Positions 1 to 8,814 of a stretch of DNA of 64,000 nt are shown here, piece by piece (the stretch's first letter is position 1; each line of letters opens with the position of its first letter). Made by a program: the position numbers and the translations under genes. Source of the stretch: Candidatus Poribacteria bacterium (GTDB lineage: Bacteria > Poribacteria > WGA-4E > WGA-3G); assembly GCA_963663765.2 (NCBI GenBank), contig CAXXUA010000005.1, positions 928,001 through 992,000 of the forward strand. Direction: 5' to 3'. The notes below the pieces were generated by a model that saw nothing but the letters and a program-made list of their open reading frames with translations, had not been told where the DNA came from and ran no database searches.

Positions 1-268
1 CTGCAATATAGTCAAGCAATTCCGGTTTTTTACGAAACCACTTGTTTGGATGTTTTAAATCCTTAAAGCGTTTATGCAGATCACGCTCTTTTTTATCTAC
101 TTCAGATTTACAGATAATGACACCAAGTATTTTTAACTTGACCGGATTTGTATGTTGCAACTGTGCCTTTCGACCAAAAAGATTTCGCAACTTACATCTG
201 CCAATCTTGATAAAATCTTTACATGCTATAAAATAGATGACGCTATCACTTTCCAACTTTTCGAACAT
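1..268 (-). CDS. GIY-YIG superfamily protein (T5orf172/MUG113-like), runs off the window start
   Basis: Not in the ORF track because there is no stop in the window. Hand translation from the ATG at 268 (GAGGAG RBS upstream): MFEKLESDSVIYFIACKDFIKIGRCKLRNLFGRKAQLQHTNPVKLKILGVIICKSEVDKKERDLHKRFKDLKHPNKWFRKKPELLDYIA. This fits the VYFI..IKIG..R..LQ..NP..E..LH.RF..WF pattern. Confidence 0.7.
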   Translation of the reverse strand, partial: MFEKLESDSVIYFIACKDFIKIGRCKLRNLFGRKAQLQHTNPVKLKILGVIICKSEVDKKERDLHKRFKDLKHPNKWFRKKPELLDYIA

Positions 269-297
269 ATCAAATATCTCCTCTTTTTTAGCAACAC

Positions 298-843
298 TTA
301 GTCCTTAACTTCATTAGTCTTTTTATCTGCTTCAAAAAGTTTCGGGATAGTATAGACGTGGAGGAGTTCTTCTTCGAAACCACCATCATGCGTGCCTTCA
401 AAAGATTCAATAAGAGCATACACTTGGCTTATTGGTCCTGTTAGTGTTACGTCAAACACAGGAAACGCATCATCGCCTGGACCGTAGCGTGCTGTCTGAT
501 TGTGAATACGAAGAGTTATCACTGTATCAGGTTTGAGTTCCATGCTTAACAGTTTCTCTCTGACATCTTTGCGATACGATTTTTGCAATAGTTTTATATC
601 ACTGGGTTTTAAGTTGGAACTATCAGCAACTCTATCCTTTTCTACCTGAGACGGTTTTCCCACTTGTGAGTCAGTCGTTGATTCAAACATAAAAATAACA
701 CCTGCTACTAAAAGTAATATAAACAGAATAAACAGAGAGACTTGCCCTCGGTTACGCATGTGGATCATCATGAAATCTCCTATTATTAAGGAGGGTATTA
801 ACCAAATAATGATGCACAAAAATGCAGGCCCTCTAAACAGCAT
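298..843 (-). CDS. Membrane-anchored hypothetical protein, probably the 3' part of a gene interrupted by IS982
   Basis: 181-aa ORF with hydrophobic segments at the N-terminus. A hydrophobic frame continues upstream across the IS (see findings). Confidence 0.5.
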   Translation of the reverse strand: MLFRGPAFLCIIIWLIPSLIIGDFMMIHMRNRGQVSLFILFILLLVAGVIFMFESTTDSQVGKPSQVEKDRVADSSNLKPSDIKLLQKSYRKDVREKLLSMELKPDTVITLRIHNQTARYGPGDDAFPVFDVTLTGPISQVYALIESFEGTHDGGFEEELLHVYTIPKLFEADKKTNEVKD

Positions 844-989
844 TGCATCATAACTAATTTAAAATAATGATACCTGGACTTATCAAATGCTATTGTAGCA
901 CATATCCAGGGGATATAAAACAAAAATTAACACAGGAATAAACAACAATGATTTACATAACGCTATTGGTGGAGATGTAGGACTACATC

Positions 990-2006
990 TAACGTGAGTT
1001 TGATAATTAAAAACTGGTAAATAGAGAACCCCTTTGTTATTATGAAGTATACCAAATACTTACATAAGGAGTTCTCTGATGGATATCATAACACTTTTCT
1101 GTATAATTGACGATTTTTTTCTTGCGTATCTACAATATAAAGCAAAACACCAGTTGCCAGAAATACCCGGGACAAGCAATACCCGTGGCAGACCCAGGCG
1201 TCTTCATCCTAGCGAAGTTATGACGATACTTATTTATTTTCATCAACATAAGTGTAAAAACTTCAAAACCTATTATCAAGAGCATGTCTGTAGCAACCTC
1301 CGTTGGGCGTTTCCAAACCTTGTCAGCTATAGTCGGTTTGTGCAGCTTGCACAAGAGGTTTTGATGCCGTTGTCTATTCTTCTAAACACCCGTTTCGGTG
1401 AATGTAATGGGACTTCCTTCATTGACTCAACGCCACTTCCAGTTTGCCATAATCGTCGGATTTCAGCGAATCGTGTCTTCGCTGATGGGGCAGAACGATC
1501 CAAAACCTCTATGGGATGGTTCTACGGGTTCAAACTGCATCTCGTCATCAATGATCAAGGTGAACTGCTGTCTGCTATGGTGACACCCGGAACACGGATG
1601 ACCGGAAACCTGTGCCACAGTTGACCAAAGGACTATTTGGCAAACTTTATGCCGATAAAGGGTATATCAACAAAAAGCTGCGGGATAAACTGCGGGATGG
1701 AGGTGTGTCACTCGTTTACAAAGTGCGTAAGAACATGAAACCCGAACCCTTGTCTGATGCTGACGCAGAACTCCTGAAAAAACGGATGCTCATTGAGTCG
1801 GTGAATAAAGAACTCAAAACTCAGACAGAGATCCAACATACACGGCATAGAAGTTATGCTAACTTCCAAGTCAATACAGTTGCTGCCTTGATCGCTTATA
1901 CCTATTTGAAGAAAAAACCCTCACTCAAACGCAAAGAACTCAAGGATATTAATTATCCATTTCCAATGATATGTAACAACTAAAACTATTTATCAAACTC
2001 ACGTTA
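990..2006 (+). mobile_element. IS982-family insertion sequence
   Basis: Perfect 17-bp terminal inverted repeats TAACGTGAGTTTGATAA (990-1006) and TTATCAAACTCACGTTA (1990-2006) enclose the transposase. Length ~1.0 kb. Confidence 0.9.
1079..1983 (+). pseudogene. IS982-family DDE transposase, frameshifted
   Basis: Motifs LFCIIDDF, IDSTPLPVC, GWFYGFKLHLVIN, ADKGY and KRMLIESVN. One A is missing at ~1591-1593 (gga ac acg gat gac instead of gga aac acg gat gac, PGNTDDR), which splits ORFs 1079-1624 and 1612-1983. Confidence 0.88.
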
Positions 2007-2273
2007 ATATATGTGAGATATAAATGTGCTATCACTATGATTCCGTAAATAATAAGTTTTAAAACTATAATACAAACATAGATTATTATGTTTTCCGGCT
2101 TATATTCAGTTTCAATATTCCAATTGATGAAAACGATAAAACCGATACATACAAGTATCAGCAAACAAAAGATTATGAGAAAACTTTTTATAGTTTAGAT
2201 GATCTTCACTATGAATTATAGTTTTCATGCTGTGTAAAGTACCCGTAAAAAAACAACTTACAGTTTACATTTG

Positions 2274-2909
2274 CTACCACTCCGCCTGTTTCAGAAACTC
2301 CAATGCCATCAAAGTGTGTCCTTCCGCATTCGGATGTACACCATCTCGCGTTGTCCACAATGTCCCAGGCCTCGCAGCAACCGCATTGTCAAACGCATCA
2401 TTTGTCTGAATTAACCGCGTATCAAACTCATCAGCAAGCTTATGAATACTGGCGTTATAAGCATCAACTGCTAATGGACGCGGATTTTCAACATCCTCTT
2501 CAATATAGAAGATCTCAAACAGAAAAACTGGAATCTCCAATTCATTCTTCACACGCGTAAGAATTCGCCGATAGCACTCTTCCCAACTCGGAAGATAGTC
2601 CTCATTTGAGATACCTTGTCCGTGTTGGCGACCCGCATTGTTAATCCCGATTTTCACTGAAAGCCAATCCGGTTTTTCATCTATAACATCGGTATCCCAA
2701 CGGTTCTCTAAACCTTCAACCACATCCCCACCAATCCCTTTGTTGACATAGGTAATATCGCGTCCGGGGTATTTCGCAGTAATCAGTTCTGTTATTTTGC
2801 GCACATACCCATGTCCATACGGTGCGTGGTCACCTCGCCTACCGCAATCCGTAATACTATCCCCAATGAAAAGCACCTTATCTCCTGATTGAAACAACAA
2901 ATTACTCAC
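2274..2909 (-). CDS. SGNH/GDSL hydrolase (esterase)
   Basis: FIGDSITD, NKGIGG, GINN and DGVHP blocks; GGAG RBS. Confidence 0.9.
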   Translation of the reverse strand: MSNLLFQSGDKVLFIGDSITDCGRRGDHAPYGHGYVRKITELITAKYPGRDITYVNKGIGGDVVEGLENRWDTDVIDEKPDWLSVKIGINNAGRQHGQGISNEDYLPSWEECYRRILTRVKNELEIPVFLFEIFYIEEDVENPRPLAVDAYNASIHKLADEFDTRLIQTNDAFDNAVAARPGTLWTTRDGVHPNAEGHTLMALEFLKQAEW

Positions 2910-2987
2910 AAATGATCTCCTTTATGTGATATACTATCTATAGACATTTTCTTTCAATTTACATCTTAACTCAGAGTTCTAACATTC

Positions 2988-3086
2988 CATTAACTTACCA
3001 CATTTTCAACAGATTGCCAACATGAAAATAATCGGAGTTCTACACGTCATAACAGACACAACACTTCAATCCAAATATACGCATCC
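2988..3086 (+). repeat. 99-bp direct repeat of the thiE upstream region and first ~21 codons (other copy 4659-4757)
   Basis: Aligned by eye: 4 mismatches in 99 bp. The ATG at 3022 corresponds to the thiE ATG at 4693. Confidence 0.92.
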
Positions 3087-3164
3087 TCTAAAATGGCTTT
3101 TTAGCGAATTACCTGATATTACGGGGTGTCATTCCGTATAATCTGTAATAAATATTTCTCACAT

Positions 3165-3232
3165 GGTAGACGAGCTTTGTATGCGCGCTGTTTGGACTTG
3201 ATGTGCAAGCGCGCTTACAAAGCACACCTACC
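3165..3232. repeat. REP-like inverted doublet (GGTAGRCGWGCTTTGTAWGCGCGC family)
   Basis: Inverted pair. Related half-sites at ~58409-58433 and ~62361-62392. Confidence 0.7.
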
Positions 3233-3379
3233 AGTGTGGGTTAGATAGAATTACCTAATTTATTTATTAAACTTCATACGGGACTAAATATGAAATCAAC
3301 TCTTGAGAAAACTAAGAAAACATCTGTAATTGTGAAGCAATACATTACAAATAGTCATTTAGCACAAGTCGTTTTATTT

Positions 3380-3455
3380 GGTAGGAGGAACTCCTGGTCG
3401 CGACTGTTTTGAAACATGGTGTCCATACGGTCTCGACCAAGTGGCCGCTCCTACC
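3380..3455. repeat. REP-like doublet (GTAGGAG...GTCGCGAC...GCTCCTAC family)
   Basis: GTAG-started imperfect palindrome, same family as the 49-bp tandem array at 56742-56985. Confidence 0.65.
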
Positions 3456-3493
3456 TGTGCAAGTGTGTAATTAATTCCATAATTTACCATAAT

Positions 3494-3595
3494 TACAACC
3501 AATCTCATAAATCGTAGCAGGTTTTTCTGACTTCGATTTACCGTACACGCGATTCGGTGAATTTGGACAAAATTACATTTATGAGATTCGCTGTA
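3494..3595. mobile_element. ~100-bp MITE-like element with TA ends
   Basis: TIRs TACAACCAATCTCATAAAT / ATTTATGAGATTCGCTGTA (17/19 match). Confidence 0.55.
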
Positions 3596-3607
3596 TAAAC
3601 ATCCATC

Positions 3608-3724
3608 AGGTGTGTAAAGTTCTCGGTATTAACCGTTCTTTCTTCTGTAGGAGGAACATCTTGGGCGATCCTATAGAAGAAGTATAATTCATGAACAAAT
3701 ATTTACCAAAATATTTACACACCC
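3608..3724. mobile_element. MITE, GGTGTGTAAA-ended family (second copy 19520-19863)
   Basis: TIRs AGGTGTGTAAA / TTTACACACCC, degenerate flanking direct repeat, internal GTAGGAG REP remnant. Confidence 0.55.
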
Positions 3725-3769
3725 TTCCATTAATTCTTTTGATAATCGGTTTGAATTGTGGTATACTTT

Positions 3770-3813
3770 TTTCTACTGTTTATAGGAAAAGTTTCTACTG
3801 TTTATAGGAAAAG
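3770..3813 (+). promoter_or_regulatory. Tandem 22-bp quasi-palindromic repeat, probable TA operator
   Basis: TTTCTACTGTTTATAGGAAAAG x2, immediately downstream of an extended -10 (TGGTATACT) and overlapping the antitoxin RBS region. Confidence 0.6.
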
Positions 3814-4050
3814 GTGGTAACTATGAAAACACTCGCTTTGGAGACCGATTATAAGATCAAATTACCTCTTGACTGGGTGAAAGAATTTGGGTTGGAATCG
3901 GGGATTGTAATTGAAAGGACAGATGATGGCATACTAATCCGTCCTTGCACTGTCCAAACATGGGACGAGGTATATGCCGAGAAACTCATTATCGGGAACA
4001 CTTCGGCATTGGACTTGTCCGAGGTAAGTGGTGATGACCTTATTTTCTGA
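3814..4050 (+). CDS. AbrB/MazE-type antitoxin
   Basis: 78 aa, KIKLPLDWVKEFGLE..IVIERTDDGILIRP swapped-hairpin pattern; overlaps the PIN gene. Confidence 0.75.
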   Translation: MVTMKTLALETDYKIKLPLDWVKEFGLESGIVIERTDDGILIRPCTVQTWDEVYAEKLIIGNTSALDLSEVSGDDLIF

Positions 4051-4624
4051 TCAGACCACACCGCGTGGTCTGGACGCGATGCTGATTGTCTACTCCTTGC
4101 TTGATGGGCATCCCGCATCCGCTGCGTGTGAGTCGTTCATCCGAGACCACTCCAGTTGGTTCACGACAACGCTTACGCTGCTTGAAGCAAAGGCAATTCT
4201 CTCAAAGGTTTATGCTATAGATGCTAGTCTTGCCTCACAACAGCTTACCCAATTTTCCACAGGTCCTATAGAAATTATTGAAGTAGACTTACCAATAATC
4301 CTTGAGGCGATGCAGATTGCTGATACTTTAAAAATTGACATCACTGATGCGGTTCTGGTGCAAGCAACACATATCCGTAGTGCTAACATCCTTGCAACTG
4401 ATGACCGTAAACTAATTCAAGCCTGCCATCAAATAGATATTAGAGTTGAAAATCCCATTGAAAATTCGCTACGTAGGCAAATGGCAAATTGTGAAGCATC
4501 AAACTTGCCGCAAAAAGGATTACCTTGCATTCTAAGGCGAATTCACCTTTGGCTGAATCAGAACCATCAACAAGTCGCCGAAGAATTCTGGTCTCAAACC
4601 GGCAGTGGAAGTCATCTACCCTAA
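4028..4624 (+). CDS. PIN-domain (VapC-like) toxin with C-terminal extension
   Basis: LDAMLIVY, LLE, DITDAVL and LATDD acidic PIN residues; ~50-aa extra tail. Confidence 0.8.
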   Translation: MVMTLFSDQTTPRGLDAMLIVYSLLDGHPASAACESFIRDHSSWFTTTLTLLEAKAILSKVYAIDASLASQQLTQFSTGPIEIIEVDLPIILEAMQIADTLKIDITDAVLVQATHIRSANILATDDRKLIQACHQIDIRVENPIENSLRRQMANCEASNLPQKGLPCILRRIHLWLNQNHQQVAEEFWSQTGSGSHLP

Positions 4625-4692
4625 TCCCTCTTACAATCATCTAAAAAATCTGACAATGCATTAACTTATCACATTTTCAACAGATTGCCAAC

Positions 4693-5328
4693 ATGAAAAT
4701 AATCGGAGTTCTACAGGTCATAACAGACACAACGTTTCAATCCAAATATACGCATCCGCAACTTGCGGAACTTGCAATACATGGTGGTGCAGACACAATC
4801 CAATTCCGACACAAAAACGGAACAACACGCGAATTGATTCAGATAGCACAGCAAATGCAGACGGTTTGTGCAAATCATGACGTGCCGTTGATTGTGAACG
4901 ATAGAGCGGACATCGCACTGGCAGTCGGTGCAAGCGGAACACATTTTGGACAAGATGATATGCCTGTCACCATCGGGCGGAAAATACTCTCTACAAAAAC
5001 CATCATCGGTGCATCAGCGCGTACCGAGGAGAAGATACTTGAAGCAATTACAGAAGGAGCAGATTATATCGGGTTTGGTCCCATCTATCAGACATCCTCA
5101 AAGCCTGATGCCGAAACACCGAAAGGGTTAGAACGTTTGCAACGCATGTGTGAAATAGCAAAATGTCCAGTGATTGCTATTGGTGGCATCACACTCCAAA
5201 CCGCTGCTGAAGTAATTGCCGCAGGAGCACACGGCATTGCAGTCATTTCTGCCGTATGCTCCCAACCCGATCCCCTCGCAGCAACACAACACCTCATGAA
5301 CGAAATCCAAGATGCCAAGCCAGCATAG
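4693..5328 (+). CDS. thiE: Thiamine-phosphate synthase
   Basis: IQFRHK, LIVNDRADIA, HFGQDD, GADYIGFGPIYQTSSK, VIAIGGI. Confidence 0.95.
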   Translation: MKIIGVLQVITDTTFQSKYTHPQLAELAIHGGADTIQFRHKNGTTRELIQIAQQMQTVCANHDVPLIVNDRADIALAVGASGTHFGQDDMPVTIGRKILSTKTIIGASARTEEKILEAITEGADYIGFGPIYQTSSKPDAETPKGLERLQRMCEIAKCPVIAIGGITLQTAAEVIAAGAHGIAVISAVCSQPDPLAATQHLMNEIQDAKPA

Positions 5329-5353
5329 AGACTGCACGAGGAATTAGCACAAT

Positions 5354-6862
5354 ATGAGCGAATACAATCAAGTTGATGAGCCTGGTATAAACACAATAGA
5401 ATTTATACCAAATGAATTTCGGGAAGTTAACCAAGTTTATGAACCAGATTTTGAGAAAATTGACGAAAATTTCGTGCAGAAATTATGGAATGGACAACGC
5501 TTTTTCAATGCAAACCTTACCGCAATTGACGGTAGAGAAATTCGCGTCCTTAAACAAGGTATCTGGAACCATGAAGAAGGTCCAGATTTTATGCACGCAG
5601 AGGTTGAGATCAATGGAAAACTCCATGTCGGTGACATAGAAATACATGTAAAATCTTCCGAATGGTACGCACATAAGCATCACCTCAATTCAAGGTATAA
5701 CCGCGTTGTTCTCCATGTGGTTCTCTATAATGATGACTTCAATTTACGAACACGACTACAGAATGGTAAACGCATATCAACACTGGAACTTCTCAAATGG
5801 ATAGATGCACCTATCGGGGACCTTTATGACGAAACAAAGCAGACAGAAACCGACGCAGCCAATTCCTGCAGAGTCACAGGCAATCGTCTAAACATAGATA
5901 GCCTTAAAAGCACATTTGAATCGTTAGGTACTGAAAGGTTCTTAGAAAAGTCGGATGCTATCCGACTTTTACGGACGCGTCTCGATTTTGAACAAATTCT
6001 ATATGAAGGTATAATGGAAGCGTTGGGGTATTCCCAAAACAGCAAACCACTGCGGGAGTTAGCACAGCGCGTGCCTTTTGCTGATTTGGATCATAAGTCC
6101 GAACACGAAATCCAAGCTATCCTTTTTGGCATTGCCGGTTTATTACCATCGCAATCAGAAAAACCAATACCCAATCATGTCAATGACGATCCGTTCATTG
6201 TAGCATTAGAGACACTGTGGAAAACATCGGAGTATGCAAAACGATCAGATCGCATGAACACAACTAAATGGCAGTTTGGAAGAATCCGTCCATATAACTA
6301 TCCAACAAGACGGATTGCAGCAATCAGTCAGTTGATCTTTCGCAGTAAAGGGAGTTTGATGTTGTACTTTCTCCCTATCTGTGAAAAGGCAGCAAATGTA
6401 GATACACCCAAACTGCTACGTACTATCAGAACCGAACTTCTTAACCTTTTGACCCTGGAACCCGCCGGTTATTGGGAAACACACGCTAACTTTGGGAAGG
6501 GTGGAACACAAAAAGCTAATCTGATTGGAGATGCCAGAGCTTTGGACATCAATGTGAACAAAATACTTCCTGTCGCATATATTTGGGCAGTAGAGTCAGA
6601 AAGCAGAAAACTACAAAATGCAATTCTGAGTCTCTACAGTTACTTTAGAAAAACGGACGAAAATAGTGTAATTCGCCAGGTGAAAGATCAGGTCTTTACA
6701 GATGCACAACCAATACAATTAATCAAACCTACAGCGCAGATACAGCAAGGGATCATTCGTCTCTACAAAAACTACTGCGCTGACCAACTTTGTGACTTAT
6801 GTCCTATTATTGAAAATAACGCGGTCTTGACAACAGAAAATTCTTACATTAAAAATTCGTAG
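5354..6862 (+). CDS. DUF2851 family protein
   Basis: N..GPDF..A, GDIEIH...SEWYAHKHH, YNRVVLHVV, RPYNYPTRRI and C-terminal YC....C..CP. Confidence 0.85.
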   Translation: MSEYNQVDEPGINTIEFIPNEFREVNQVYEPDFEKIDENFVQKLWNGQRFFNANLTAIDGREIRVLKQGIWNHEEGPDFMHAEVEINGKLHVGDIEIHVKSSEWYAHKHHLNSRYNRVVLHVVLYNDDFNLRTRLQNGKRISTLELLKWIDAPIGDLYDETKQTETDAANSCRVTGNRLNIDSLKSTFESLGTERFLEKSDAIRLLRTRLDFEQILYEGIMEALGYSQNSKPLRELAQRVPFADLDHKSEHEIQAILFGIAGLLPSQSEKPIPNHVNDDPFIVALETLWKTSEYAKRSDRMNTTKWQFGRIRPYNYPTRRIAAISQLIFRSKGSLMLYFLPICEKAANVDTPKLLRTIRTELLNLLTLEPAGYWETHANFGKGGTQKANLIGDARALDINVNKILPVAYIWAVESESRKLQNAILSLYSYFRKTDENSVIRQVKDQVFTDAQPIQLIKPTAQIQQGIIRLYKNYCADQLCDLCPIIENNAVLTTENSYIKNS

Positions 6863-6912
6863 TATGGTAGAATTTAAGAAAATGAATGTTAACATTCAAA
6901 AGGAGAAATATC

Positions 6913-7635
6913 ATGAGAACCTTGTGTGTTATTACGATGACATTGCTTTGTATTTCTGTTGCTGTGGCAACGGAAACTTTTTACTCTGCACTTGAAAGTC
7001 AGGCAGAGGTTGAGAAGGAGGGAGGTACTGTTGACGGCGGTAGCTTCGTCCCAGGTAAGTATGGAAATGGTTTTATTAGTGAGGAACAAGGGGATGTCAT
7101 CCATTTTCCAGTGGAGGATCGCTTTGTCAACCTTGATGAAGGCACCGTTGAATTATGGGTAACAATGGGATTTGATACTTCAACAATTACAGGCGAACTT
7201 TTTATGTTTATGACCTACAATCGTCCAACCGATGCCGTTTTCTTGCAATTTGACAGCGGAGGAATAGCTCGCATGCGGATTAAAAGCGCGAGCAGTTGGA
7301 AAAATGCAGATAGTGCCGCGCTCAATTGGAAAGAGGGTGAACATCATCACATGGCGGGTACATGGGGACCAGATGGATTGAAACTCTACTTGGATGGTGA
7401 ACTGGAAGGAGAAGATAGTTTTAGTGAAGGACCAAAGGTTTTCGCTGAAACATTTGAAATTAACAATACTTCTCCACCTTCTAATTTCGCAGTCCCGACA
7501 AATTGCGTTGTGGACAGTCTTCGTATTTCTGATCATCAGAAGGAAGCGAATGAATTGATACTTGAAGAAACCACACCTGTTCAACCACTTGGAAAATTGG
7601 CTACAATTTGGGGACAATTGAAAACAGAAAAATAA
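6913..7635 (+). CDS. Secreted LamG-like jellyroll protein with C-terminal KLATIWGQLK motif
   Basis: AGGAG RBS, signal peptide, EGTVELWV, HHMAGTWG..LKLYLDG, VDSLRISD. Confidence 0.85.
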   Translation: MRTLCVITMTLLCISVAVATETFYSALESQAEVEKEGGTVDGGSFVPGKYGNGFISEEQGDVIHFPVEDRFVNLDEGTVELWVTMGFDTSTITGELFMFMTYNRPTDAVFLQFDSGGIARMRIKSASSWKNADSAALNWKEGEHHHMAGTWGPDGLKLYLDGELEGEDSFSEGPKVFAETFEINNTSPPSNFAVPTNCVVDSLRISDHQKEANELILEETTPVQPLGKLATIWGQLKTEK

Positions 7636-7648
7636 GTGAGGAACAACA

Positions 7649-8716
7649 ATGTATAAAACAGAAAAACCCCTTTTCGTTGCGGGAACAGAAGGATATAATA
7701 CATTTCGTATTCCAGCACTTGCCGCATCAAACAAAGGTACACTGCTGGCATTCTGCGAAGGCAGACGCAAAGGTGGCGGTGATTCAGGCGACATAGATAT
7801 CGTTTTGAAACGGAGTTTTGACAATGGTGACACATGGCAACCGATCCAAGTTGCTGTTTCCACAGGTGCAGATACAGATGGTAATCCAGCTCCCGTTGTT
7901 GACCGAGATACTGGCACCATCTGGTTACTTTTCTGCAAAAACTTTGCCGATGGCGGAGAAGGTAAAATCATTGCTGGAGAAGCACCGCGGACTGTTTGGG
8001 TGACCTCAAGCACTGACGATGGAGAAACTTGGGCAGAACCGAAAGACATCACTGCCGACACAAAATTGGATACATGGACATGGTATGCAACAGGACCTTG
8101 CCACGGAATCCAATTGGCAAGTGGCAGAATGGTTATCCCGTGTGATCATGTGCTTGGAAACAGTCGCAACTATGCTGAAACAGGCTATTCGCATCTCATC
8201 GTGAGTGATGACCATGGCGAAACGTGGCGGATCGCAGGGGAAGCGCAACCCGGCACAAACGAATCTGTCGTCGTTGAGACTGTGGATGGCGATCTCTATT
8301 TCAACTGCCGAAACTATGTCGCACCGAAACGACGTGCTTATACGTGGAGTTCTGACGGTGGTGATACGTTCACTGAGTTCGGTTACGATGACGACTTAAT
8401 TGAACCGATCTGCCAAGCCAGCATGATGCGTTATACAGATGCTAACTCACACGACAAAAACCGTGTTCTGTTTTCAAACCCAGCAAGCACTGGACGCGAA
8501 AAAATGACAATACGTTTGAGTTATGACGAGTGTCGCAGCTGGAATGCTGGCAAAGTCCTGCACGCAGGTCCCGCTGCCTATTCCGACCTATGTATAGACA
8601 CAGACATGAATATATGCTGTCTCTATGAACGCGGTGAGCGCGGTGCTTCTGAAACGTTGTCCTTCGCAAAGTTCGACTTAGCATGGTTAACGGATGGAGA
8701 GGATACGTTGACTTAA
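7649..8716 (+). CDS. Sialidase (GH33 exo-alpha-sialidase)
   Basis: FRIP motif, Asp boxes (SFDNGDTW, STDDGETW, SDDHGETW, SSDGGDTF), AYSDL...LYE. Confidence 0.92.
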   Translation: MYKTEKPLFVAGTEGYNTFRIPALAASNKGTLLAFCEGRRKGGGDSGDIDIVLKRSFDNGDTWQPIQVAVSTGADTDGNPAPVVDRDTGTIWLLFCKNFADGGEGKIIAGEAPRTVWVTSSTDDGETWAEPKDITADTKLDTWTWYATGPCHGIQLASGRMVIPCDHVLGNSRNYAETGYSHLIVSDDHGETWRIAGEAQPGTNESVVVETVDGDLYFNCRNYVAPKRRAYTWSSDGGDTFTEFGYDDDLIEPICQASMMRYTDANSHDKNRVLFSNPASTGREKMTIRLSYDECRSWNAGKVLHAGPAAYSDLCIDTDMNICCLYERGERGASETLSFAKFDLAWLTDGEDTLT

Positions 8717-8814
8717 TAAAAGGTTCACGTATTTCTTTACCGTATAGCGGTTGGAGCTTTTTACACCGCGGATGCTGTTTTTGCGAATATCTGATTTGAA
8801 AAACACGTTATTCT

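Noticed and set aside
1585-1615. Programmed frameshift in the IS982 transposase
   Set aside because: No slippery heptamer is present and IS982 transposases are single ORFs. A 1-nt deletion or sequencing error explains it.
2910-3021. TPP riboswitch upstream of either thiE start
   Set aside because: No CTGAGA..CCTGA..AATxCxxGCGxAGG core is seen here or at 4625-4692.
3090-3760. Integron attC cassettes or a DGR/retron explanation for the palindromes
   Set aside because: No integron integrase or reverse transcriptase is in the window, and there is no consistent RYYYAAC/GTTRRRY pairing or adenine-specific variation between repeats.
7180-8061. 293-aa minus-strand ORF
   Set aside because: Antisense shadow of the LamG and sialidase genes.
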